Of a stretch of 64,000 nt of DNA, positions 26,201 to 38,200 are shown one piece after another. Every line of letters starts with the position of its first letter. Positions within the stretch are counted from its first letter, which is position 1. A program made the translations under genes and the position numbers. The DNA comes from Camelus ferus (Eukaryota), in assembly GCF_009834535.1 (NCBI RefSeq), contig NC_045696.1:46812001-46876000 (forward strand), read 5' to 3'. The notes under the pieces are model-generated. The model made no database searches and had not been told where the DNA came from. It saw nothing but the letters and a program-made list of their open reading frames with translations.

Positions 26201-29200
26201 CTCTGCATAGTGCCTGTCATGAAAAGCAAGAGCTCTACGAATGTTTCGGTATTATTACCATAAACACCTTGAAATGTGAGTGCAGGCTGGATGATCAAGT
26301 ATACAGGCACCTCCTACACACGCACAAACACACGCCACATTTACCTGTTCTAAGGTGAGCCTAAATAAAACATTGCCACCAAAATGGTTTCTTTAGGTTT
26401 ATAAACACATTCCTTAAAATGTGACCAGTAGAATAAAGATAAAACAGAATATTTATCCTAACACAAAAATGAAAATTAAGACAAGATGTTTTTTCACCCA
26501 TTAAATTACCAAAGATTTTAAAATTAGAATGATGTCAAGCTTGTGAGGTGAAAGACAGGTATTCTCATCGGCAGTAGTAACTGATGCAATGTTGCTGGAA
26601 AATATGTTGCCAATATGCATCAGGAGCCTTAAAACACATTCTCTGCCATTTCCAGTCGTACATATCTTCAGCAGTTACTTCCGTAGTATCAAAAAAAAAA
26701 AAATTGGAAACATCCTTAACATCCATCAAGATGAGAGTTAACTAAATTATAGTACACCCGTAATTTACGTAGAGCACAGCAGCTATAAAAAGATTTCTGA
26801 AAACACGGGAGGAAAATCAGCATGTACAAGTATGTAGACTATACGAGTCCATTTATGGTTTTTCTTTTTTTAAGTCAAGAGACAGAAAAGGCAGCAGGAA
26901 ATTCACTAGAATGCATCAATAGTTTTTATTTCCAGGCTGTGGGACTCTAGATGATTTTTGTTTCTCTAACTTCCTACGTTGTGTAAGGGTTTCTAAAGTA
27001 CTATGTATTTTTTTTTTTTTAAGTCAGAAAACAATTGTAAAGCTTATTTTATAAAAATATGGCTGATAGTGAACATCATTCTGGTTCAGTCCACTAAAAA
27101 TGATGTGCTACTAATGATAATGCCATGATCAGAACAGTTCAATCAATCCAAATGTAACAAATCACACTACTGTTGAAACGATTTCATGGTCTTTAAAAGA
27201 AGGCTATTTCCTACCTAAATGATATGACGTTGGCCTTAAGGCCTGGGTCTGCCAATAGGGTTAATGGCTTGCCCTAACATCAGTGGACTATGACTTCATG
27301 CTACACCAGTCTTTTTCTTGAAATAAAAGGCTTACCAAAATTCTAAGAAAATTTTCACAAGAATTCTAGACATGGTTTTGAAAGTAAGAGTTGTGAAATA
27401 TCTTGACAGTTGTCTCCCTTAGCCCTTTCTTCCCTTTTTTGCCTTTTAGACAAAAGCTGAGAACAGCTTTGATACCACAAAGCATTTCCAGAGTGCCATA
27501 CACTAAGAACAGACCTCAGAATACATAATCAGTCATCTTGCTTCCATTTCTACGTATCACTTTAGACACACATGACTTAAACTTCTGAGTGAAGGTAAAA
27601 TCCACCAAAATATAACAGGTCAATCCACTACAACATTTTACTAGCTTTCACTTTTATAAAGGTTGCAGGATGAAATAAATAAATGAAATCATCATTATTT
27701 AATGCTTACATAAATATTTACTGGCCTTCAGTGACTGACTATTTCAGGGGGACAAGAAATAAATTTTACATTGTAAAAGTTTAAAAGGTTAGACTCTCAC
27801 CTTAGAACTTCACTAACTTAGTAAATCTCCTTTACCAAATTGTTATGGAAATATGATTGTATATAAATATCAACCAGAATGCAAAATACCTTTTTACCCA
27901 CTAGTGACAATTCTACATTGTTGATGTTAAATCTGATACAGCATCAAGATTTGCCCTGAAAAGTTTGGTCACACAATTATTATAGCAAAACGTGATCAAA
28001 AAACACAGCTCTCCTATGGCTACGTCATCAGAAGCTACAGAATCACACAGTAAGGATGACAAAACATGGTTCAAACTGGGCTTTTCTAAGGATGAAGAGA
28101 TACATACAGAGGTTCTAACTGGGAAAAATAAAGAAAGGGAAGTCAATACTCAAAAGAATAACATCCTATTTTTTAAACTGAAATACATAGTTGACATACA
28201 ATATTATATCTGCTTTAAATGCACAACACAGGGAGTCGACATTTATATACATTACAAACTGATCACCATCAGGCTAGCAACCATCTGTCACCATACAAAG
28301 CTAACTGACTGCATTTTCCATGCTGCACGTTACATCCTTGTGACTTATTTATTTTAAAACTGCAAGTTTGTGGCCCTTAATCCCCTTCACCCATTTTGCC
28401 CATCCGACCCAAATCTCCCTTCTTCTGATTACCACCAGTTTGTGCTCTGTATCTGTTTCTGTTCTGTTTGCTCATTTGTTTTGTTTTTTAGATTCCATAT
28501 ATAAGTGAAGTCATATGGTATTTGCCTTTTTCTGTCAGATTTATCTTACTTACCTAATACCCTCTAGGTCCTACCACGTTGTTGCAAATGGCAAGTAATG
28601 GTTGAGGAATATTCCATTATATATATCACACCTTCTTTATCCATTCATTTAACAGTGGTCACTTACGTTGCTTCCATATCTTGGATATTTTAAATAATGC
28701 TACAATGAACATAAGGGTGCATATATCTTTTCAAATCAGTGTTTTTATTTTCTTCAGGTAAATACCCAGAAGTAGAATTGCTGGATTCTATGGTAGTTCT
28801 ATTTTTAGTTGTCTGAGGAACCTCCATCATGTTTTCCATAATGACTGTACCAGTTTACATTCCCATCAACAGTGCACAAAGGTTCCCTGTTATCCACATC
28901 CTCGTCAACACTTGTCAGTCGTCTTTTTGATAATAGTTATTCTGACAGACATGAACTGATTTCTCATTCTGGTTATTATTTGCATTTCCATGATGCTTAG
29001 GGACAGAGAGCACCTTTCCATGTGTCTGTTGGCCGTATGAATGACTTACTTGAAAAAGCGTCTATTCAGATCTTTTGCCCATTTTTTAACCAGACTATTT
29101 GTTTTTGGTTTGGGGGGGGGGGGTTGATAGTGACATGTGTGAATTCTTTATATATTTGGGATATTAACTCTTTATCAGATACATCATTTGTAAATATCTA

Positions 29201-32200
29201 CTCACATTTGGTAGTTTGTCTTTTCATTTTGTTGATGGTTTCCTTCACTGTGCAAAAGCTTTTTATAGTTTGATGTACTCCTATTTGTTTATTTTTTATT
29301 TTGCTGCTCTTGCTGAGGAGACAGAGCCAAAAAGTATTGCTAAGACCAATGTCAAAGAGCGTACTGCCCACATTTTCTTCTAGGAGTTTTGTGGTTCCAG
29401 ATTTTACATTTAAGTCTTTAATCCACTTGAGTTCACTTTGGGATATAGTGCCAGTAAGTAGTCTAGTTTCATTCTTTTACACATACCTGTCCAGTTTTCC
29501 TAACATTGTTTATTAAAGAGAGACTGTCTTTTCCCCACTACAGTACAGTTTTGGCCCCTTTGTTGTAAATTAATTGACCATAAGTGTGTGGGTTTATTTC
29601 TGGGTGCTTAATTTTGTTCCACTGATTTATGTGTCTGTTTTTGTGCCAATAACATATAGTTTTGATTAATAAAGCTTTGTGGTATAGTTTGAAATCAGGA
29701 GAGCGATAACCTGCAGCTTTGTTTTTCTTTCTTAAGATTGATTATTCAGGGTCTTTTGTGTTTCTATGTAAACTTGGATTGTTTGTTCTAGTTCTGTAAA
29801 AAAAAAAAAAAAGCCATTGGTATTTTGATAGGGATTCATTAAATCTGTAGATTGCTTTGTGTAGTATGGACATTTTAACAATATTAATTCTTCCAATCTA
29901 TGAGCACAGAATATCTTTCCATTTATCCATGGCATCTTCAACTTTTTACATCAGTGTATTATAGTTTCAGAGTATAGGTCTTTCATCTCATTGGTTAAAT
30001 TTACTCCTATGTATTCTACTCTTCTTTTTTTATTCTATTGTTTTTGATGCAATTGTAAATTGGATTGTTTTTTTAATTTCTCTTTCTGACCGTTCATTCT
30101 TAGTATATAGAAATGCAACGGATTTCTGTATGTTGATTTTGTATGCTACAACTTAAACTGAATTAATTTATCAGTTCTCATAGTTTTTTGATGGTCTTTA
30201 GGGTTTTCTATATATAGTATCATATCTGCAAGTGTGACAGTTTTACTTTTTCCTTTTCAATTAGATGCATTTTATCTCCTTTTCTTGTCTGATTGCCATA
30301 GCTAGGATTTCCAATACTATGTTGAATAAAAGTGGTGAGAGTGAGCATCCTTGTCTTGTTCCTGATCTTAGAGGAAAAGCCTTCAGCTTTTCTCCACTGA
30401 GTATGATGTTAGCTGTGGGTTTGTTATATACGGACTTTATTATGTTGGGTATACCCACTTTGTTGAGAGTTTTTATTATAAATGGATATTGGATTTTTGT
30501 CAAATGCTTTATCTATTGGGATGGTTATCATTCAATCGGAAGATACTGAACCATCCCCGGGATATATCCCACTTGATTATAATGTATGATCCTTTTAACA
30601 TATTTTTGAATTCATTTTGTTAGTATTTTGTAAAGGATTTTTGCATTTATGTTCGTCAGGGATATTGGCCTGAAATTTTTTTTTTCCCTAGTGTCTTTGT
30701 CTGGTTTTGGTATCAGGGTAAATCTGGCCTCATAGAAAATTTTAAGCATGTTCCTTCTTCAGTTTTTTTGGAATAGTTTGAGGAGGATAGGAAATAACTC
30801 TTCTTTAAATGTGTAGTAGATTCACCTGTGAAACTGTCTGCTCCCAGACTTTTGTCTGCTGGGAGTTTCTTATTATGAATTCAATTTCACTTCCAGTAAC
30901 TGGTCTGTTCATATTCTCTATTTCTTCTTAATTCAGTCTTGGAAGATTGTATGTTTTTAGGAATTTATTTCTTCTAGGTTGTTCAATTTGTTGGTGTATA
31001 ATTCTTTGTAGTACTCTCTTATAATCCTTTGTATTTTTGTGGTGTCAGTTGTAACTTCTCTTTCATTTCTTATTTTATTTATTTGTGTCTTTCTCTTTTT
31101 TTCTTGATGAATCTGGTGAAAGGTTTATTAATTCTGTTTATCTTTTCTAAGAACCAGCTCACAGTTCCACTATTCTTTCCCATTTTTTTGTTAGTCTCTT
31201 TTTCATTTATTTTTGCTCTGATCTTTATTATTTCCTTCTTTCTACCAACTTTGGGCTTTGTTGGTTCCTCTTTTATAGTTCCTTAGGTATAAGGTGAGAC
31301 TCTTTATTTGAGAGGTATCTTGTTTCTTTTCTTTTTCCTTTTTCAGTTTTATTAGGTAGAATTACTACAGTTCAATTGCACATATACATTATATTGCAAG
31401 TAAATACATACATATAATATACTGCACATTTTTTTTAGTTTACATATATGTACTGATCATTGTTTCTAAGAACAGATTAGAGCTTTAGCTTTTTAAACTT
31501 ACATAGTTATCAAAGGAATAAAGCCAACCACAAAGTAAGAATCAACAGAATGTGGTAATACAATCATAAAAGACAGCTTACATATATTCAAGAAATCAAT
31601 CACCTTAGTTATAAATAATAAGCAGTTCATTTGTATCCTTATTATTATTATTATTATTTTAGATTCCACTTATAAGTGATACCATGTGGCATTTATCTTT
31701 CTCTTTCTGGCCCACTTCACTTAGAATGATCTTCAGATCCATACATATTGCTGCAAATGGCATTATTTTATTCTTTTTATGGCTAAGCAGTGTTCCATTG
31801 TAGAGATATATCTTGTTTCTTGAGGTAGGCCTGTAGCACTATAAATTTCCCTTTTAGAACTGCTTTTGCTACATCCCATAGATTTTGGATCATTGTGTTT
31901 CCATTTTCATTTGTCTCCAGGTGTGTTTTGATTTCCTCAGTGACTCATTAGTTTTTTAGCAGCATGTTGTTTAGCCTCCACATGTTACTGTTTTTTTCCA
32001 TTTTTCTTCTTGCAGTTCTAGTTTCATACTATTGCGATAGGAAAAAATGCTTGATTTTTAAACTGAGACTGGTTCTGTGGCCTAGCACATGATCTGTGTT
32101 GGAGACTATTCCATGTGCACTTGAAAAGAGTATGTATTCTGTTGCTTTTGGATGGAATGTCCTATATGTATGTATGTGTATATATATATGTGTGTGTGTG

Positions 32201-35200
32201 TATGTGTACATACACACATACATACACATACACACACATATATATAAAATAATTCCATCAAGTCTGATGTGTCATTTAAGGCCAATGTTTTCTCATTAAT
32301 TTTCTATGTAGATGATCTATTCATTGACGTAAGTGGAGTACTAAAATCCCCTACTTTTGTTTTATTTATTATCAATTCTCCCCTTTATGTTTACTACTTG
32401 TTTTATATACTTAGGTGATTCTTTCTTGGGTGCATAAATATTTATAAAGTTCTATCCTTTGGGATTGACCCCTTTATCCTTATGTTACGCCCTTCTTTGT
32501 CCTCTGTTAAAGTCTTTGTTTTAAAGTCTATCTTATCTAACGTGAGTATCGGTACTCCAGCTTTCTTTTTGTTTCCATTTATAAGGAATATATTTTTCCA
32601 TCCTTTCATTTCTAATCTGTATATGTCTTTAGGATTGAAGTGAGTTTCTTGTAGGCAGCATATAGATAGGTCTTGTTTATGTATCCATTCAAGCCATTCT
32701 GTGTCTTTTGATTAGAGCATTTAGTCCATTTACACTTAAAGTGATCAGTGATAGAGATGCACTTACTGTCATTTTGTTAATTGTTTTCTAGTTGTCTTAG
32801 TAGTTCTTCTCTGTTCCTTTCTTCTTCCTTTAGTTTCTTCTGTTGTGGTTTGATGATTTTCTTTAGTTTTGTGTTTGGTTTCCTTTATCTTTACTTTTTG
32901 GGTATTTATTGTAGGTTTTTGGTTTATGGTTATGAGGTTTATATATATGGACCTACATACACAGCAGACTGTTTTAAGCTGATAGTCACTTAAGTTCAAA
33001 CACGTTCTGAAAACTACATTTTTACTCCCCCCATCATGTTTTACATTTTTGATGTTATATTTATATATTTTTACTCCATATACACAAATAACGCTTATTG
33101 TAGTTTTGGTTGATTTGACAACTTCCGTCATTTAACCTTCATGTTAACTTTTTAAGTGATGATCCACTGCCTTTACTATGTATTTGCCTTTACCAGTTAA
33201 GAGTTTGACTTTCATATACTTTCTTATTTCTAGTTATGGCCTTTTATTCTCTACTTAGATCCTTTAACATTTCTTCTAAGGCTGGTTTAGTGGTGATGAA
33301 CTCTTTTAGTTTTGGCTTGTCTGGGAAATTCTTTCTTTCTCATTCAATTCTGAATGGCAACCCTGCCAGGTAGAGTATTTTTGATTGTAAGGTTTTTTTT
33401 TTTTTTTTTCCCTTTCAGCATTTTAAATATATCATGCCTTTCCCTCTGGCCTGTAAAGTTTCTGCTGAAAAACTGGCTGATTGCTTTTTGGGAGTTCCTG
33501 TGATTGTGATCAGCAGTTGTTTTTCTTTTGCTGCCTTTAAAGCTCTCTTTAACTTCTGTCATTTTAATCATGATATCTCTTGGTGTGGATCTTTTTTGAT
33601 TCATCTTTCTTGGGACTATGCTTCTTGGATCTTAGTATCTCTTTTCTTCCCCAGAATAGAGAAGTTTTAGCCATTATTTCTTGAAATATGTTTTCTGTCC
33701 TCTCTCTTCTCCTTCTCCTATAACGTGAATGTTAATACGTTTGATGCTGTCCCAAAGGTCCCTTAAACTGTCCTCACTTTTAAAAATTCTTTTTGGTTTT
33801 TTCTTTTGTTCTGTTTTGTTTTCTGCTTAGTTAGGGGGATTTCCAGTATGCTGTATTCCAGATCACTGATCCATCCTTCCGTATCACCTGATCTACTGCT
33901 GATCTCCTCTACTGTATTTTTCATTTCAGTTATTGTATTCTTCAACTCTGATTGGTTCTTTCTTCTGTGTTCTAACTCTCTGCTGAAGTTCCCACCATGT
34001 TCATTCATTCTTCTTGGACATTAAGCATCTTTATGATCATTACCTTAAACTCTTTTATCAGGTAGATTGCTTATCTGCATTTCATTTAGCTCTTTTTCTG
34101 AGATTTTGTCTTGTTCTTTCATTTGAAACATAGTCCTTTGTCTCCTCATATTGCCTAATGCTCTGTGTTTACTTCTATGTATTAGGTAGTTCTATTACAT
34201 CTCGTGATCTTAGGGAAGTGGCCCTATATAGATGTCCTATGGGGCCCAGCAGCAAGCTTCCCTCTGGCTACCAAAGCCAGAGATACTCCAGGGGTGTCCG
34301 GTGTCCCCTATGTGGGCTGGGTATATCCTTCTATTCTGGTGAGGCTGACTGCTGTGGGCATGTTGCGGGGGGCAGGGAGGCAGGCCCTCCAGCATGGCTA
34401 ATTGTGTGGCTCCCGTGGGCACACTAGTGGGCAGGATTGGACCCCAAGCGCTGCTGGCTGTGAGACCTGGAAGCATGGGACTGCTACAAGTGTGCTGGTG
34501 GGCCGGGCCAGCCCCTGGTGCTAATATGCTAGAGTGAGGGTTCCACAATGGTGTCCACCAATGCAGGTGTCAGTTTGGTAGAACAAGATCACAAAAATGG
34601 CTGCTGCCAGCATCTCAGTTTCTAGGGGGAACCCCAGCTGCCCCCTGCTTTCAGGGAGGCTCTCCAAAACAAGCAAGTGGGTCTGACTCAGGTGCCTTTC
34701 AAACTGCTGCCTCTGTGAAGGGACTTGGAGCAAGTGCGTTTTCGCATGTGCCATTCAAGAGCAGAGTCTCAGTACCCTACAACCCCCTGGCTCTCCCAAA
34801 CATAAGTTCCACTGGTTTTCAAAGTCAGACGTTTTAGGCGCTCATATTCCTCATTTACGACCCCAGGCTGGGGAGCCTGATGTGGGGCTTGATCTCTCAG
34901 TCTTCGGGGAGGACCTCCATCACTGTGATTTTCCTCTCACTTAACGGTCACTGTGCCAGGAGTGTGGGTCCTGATTAGACCATGTCTCTGCCCCTCCTAC
35001 TCATCTGGTGGTGGTTTCTTCTTTACATATTTAGTTGTAGAAGATCTTTCCTGCTAGTCTTCAGGTCATTGTCAGAGATAGTTGCTCTGTAAGTAGCTGT
35101 AATTTTGGTGTGCTGTGGGAGGAGGAGAGCTGAGGATCTTCCTACTCTGCTATCTTGATCCCTTGCTTCTATGACATCGTATCTCAATGCTAATGTAGGC

Positions 35201-38200
35201 TGTGACCTTCTCTTTACCAAGGAAAATAACATGTGTGTGTAAATATAAACATTAAAAATAGCTGAGTTAAAGGTACTGTTATTATCATGACTCCCAATGA
35301 TTATTCTTAAGAAGTTAAAAAAAAAAACCTTCTTAGGAATTAAAAATGAATTGTAGCAAATTATAGGGATAAAACAGAATTCAAGGAGAATATTAATATT
35401 AACTATATATTCTTATTTATCACATTATCACACTTTCTAATACAATTTGGTTAAATAAACTATTTCACTAACTGCCTTCTGGAAATAACAATTTAACCAC
35501 TGAAACAGAAACCAAAAACAGAAATAAATACTTACTCACAATACCAAACTGTCCCCAAAACAGAAGTATAGCCAAAACTGGGAAAACAACAGTGAGGATA
35601 TTTTCATTTGGAGAAAACCATGAAACTGGGAAGAAAGAAAACAAAAATCACAATTAACATTTACTATACTCACTTGAACTCCTGCCAATAAACGGTCAAC
35701 AATATATTTTATTATGGAGACGGGAAATAAAAATAATCAAATAAAGGTTTGGCTTTAAAATAAATAAGTAACAAGTTACAGTATAATTTACTTATATAAC
35801 AAATTTTACTTATGAAAGAAAGTTATTTAAGTGCTTTTCACCACATTTTCCCTAACCTATGCTTTGTGGAAGGAGGTGGTATAGCACAGGAGCTGAGAAC
35901 AAGGTTCTGGAGCCACAGTACCTGGTTTTGAAACCCAACCCTAACTTATAATTTCTGTGACCTTGGACAGAGTCTTAATACCTCTCTGCTCATCAGTGTC
36001 CTCCAGTGTTACACTGGTAAACTGACCATTGTGACTGTTAACAAAGTTAATACATGCAAAGGGCCTAAAACAAACCTTGGCCCTTACCAAGTGCTCCTCA
36101 GACTATTAACTACAATTAGTATTATGTGCTTCTGTGGTGATACCTGTGTTCGCAAAATGCCAAGAATTTACCTTAAAGCAACAGTGAAGTCTTCCTGCAA
36201 AGACTCACCCGGGGTACCAAAGTGAGGAAGTCATATAGCTAGGTACCTTCGCCTGACTCCAACTAAAACCAAGACAGATGTGAGCCCTAGCTTTTCTCGA
36301 ACTTACTCTGGACCAGAAGATGCATTCATGAACAATTAGGCTTCAAATGATTGTTTACACATAAAGTAATGTGAGGGGCTTTAGGTATTAAGGAAGCTTC
36401 TACTGAGTGGGTCACACGTTACCTAGAGAGGGATAATATAACCACACATTCTATATAAAGGAAATGGTGATGTTAAGACTTCAGATAAGATTTGTTAAAA
36501 ATGTTTAAAAAATTAAGTTTAATTGCATCTTATCAACTCTTAAGACCATAATTTTACCTGTGAAATTTTCTTCTCTAACAATAAAGCCAAGTAAACGCAC
36601 TGAAAGTATTTCAAAGTTTGCCTGTATAGAGGGAACGTGCTGTGTGAAGAACACTTCTGAATGCTGCCCAAAGCTAGCCACCCGTGTTCCTCTAAAATTA
36701 ACCCGTTCACATCTTTCACTGCTCTGCCTCTTTGTACTGGCATGGAAGGAATCTCGTGGGTTTTCATACCATAATGCTACCCATGCATTTCTTGTGTTAA
36801 GCTTATAATCTTAAACTCTGGTAAACGTTCACAATAATCCCCAGAATATAATGTTAAATTTTCTATCTTACAGATACTAGCTTTCCATCACCTAGCATTT
36901 TGCCCTACCCACAGTAGAGACTCAGCTGGTTTGTTGTTGAAGGTTCCAATAGTCACAAAATAGTTTAGTGAGTGAATGAAAGACAGTTTTTTTTTGTTTT
37001 TTTGGATGATCCCCCGGTTGCAGAGCTCTACCAAGAGACAAAGGTTTTCAGATACTCTGAATTAATACCTTATGGTCCAACTGAATCACTGAGCATCTTC
37101 CTATACCAAAGAAAACCCATTCCCATTCAGTCTAAAATCCTACCAGGAAAAACCTTCATAAATTATCCTTAGGTTTTCATATCTAATACCCAAAGTATTT
37201 GGAAAAAGCTCTATGATCTAATAACTATTCTTAATCAACTTATTTTTATCTCTACTTGCTTTCTCTATTGTTGAGTTGTATACATTAACTCCTCAAATCT
37301 TCACAATTATTATATGAAGAATTATGAACTCCTCCTTAACACCGAGGAAACTGAGGCACAGTGAATTAAAGGTCTTAAGGAACTTGAATTTTCATGTCCC
37401 AAACTGACTCCTGACACCAAACCTCCCCTTGGTTTTCCCCATTTCAGTAGTGGTGACTCCATTTCTTCAGTGGCTCAGGCCAAAAATCTTGGAGTCATCC
37501 TTGACTCCCTGGTTTCTCCCACACCCTACGTCTGGTCTGATGGTAAATCCTGTGGTCACTACCTTCAAAATATAGCCAGTATCTGATCTCACATTCAAGG
37601 TGGGCTGACAATGAAATGTTCTTTCACTGGCCTCCCTCTCTATACACAGAACAATCTTTAACAGTCTTAGGATATATTCATAAAATCTATTAGTGAACAT
37701 AAGATTTATCGTTTGCCTCTCAGTGACCTACACTACACCCCAAAATTACTGTACCCCCATGTCCTGTTTTTTCTTTTCAATGAATCTGTACATTCCCTCA
37801 GAAAAATTTCAACTAGATATTAGTTTATCTAATTCCACATTAGACCCCTGCTGAAAGGTATACCTCAAAAAAAAAAATCTCTTTAACTCAAATTAACATC
37901 AAATTAATAAAAGTTAAAATATAAGAGAGATTTCTGAGGATAAAAGCGTTCCAGATTCTGCTGGCCTGCTCTAAGCCATCTCCTGCCCAATCCTCACGGC
38001 ATGAAAATCCCTTCCGCAACACCCGGGCCAGTTTCAGCAACCTGATACCTTCCTTCATAAAGCAAACATCCCAGGAACACGATTTACATTTGCAAAAGCA
38101 CTTTGGCTCACAAAGCACTTGCACACTAGCGATCTCATATGGTGCTCACTAGACTTCAGAAAAGAATTCATAAAAGCAGGGATCTATTTCATCCCCATTT

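Larger units (their letters stand above)
28172..35170 (-). mobile_element. near full-length decayed LINE-1 (about 7 kb), same orientation as CD47
   Basis: GC-rich 5'UTR at about 34.2-35.17 kb; ORF1 remnants ([26 protein letters not shown]); ORF2 remnants ([37 protein letters not shown]); 3'UTR; degenerate TSD at 28158-28171 and 35171-35184. Confidence 0.95.

Noticed and set aside
28172..35170. L1 ORF1/ORF2 fragments as an active reverse transcriptase system
   Set aside because: Many stops and frameshifts, plus a nested insertion and a microsatellite; a fossil element
14117..35625. Exons 3-7 are all phase 1-1, three of them exactly 93 nt, suggesting recent tandem duplication
   Set aside because: No visible nucleotide similarity among them; this is the standard CD47 structure of one TM helix per exon
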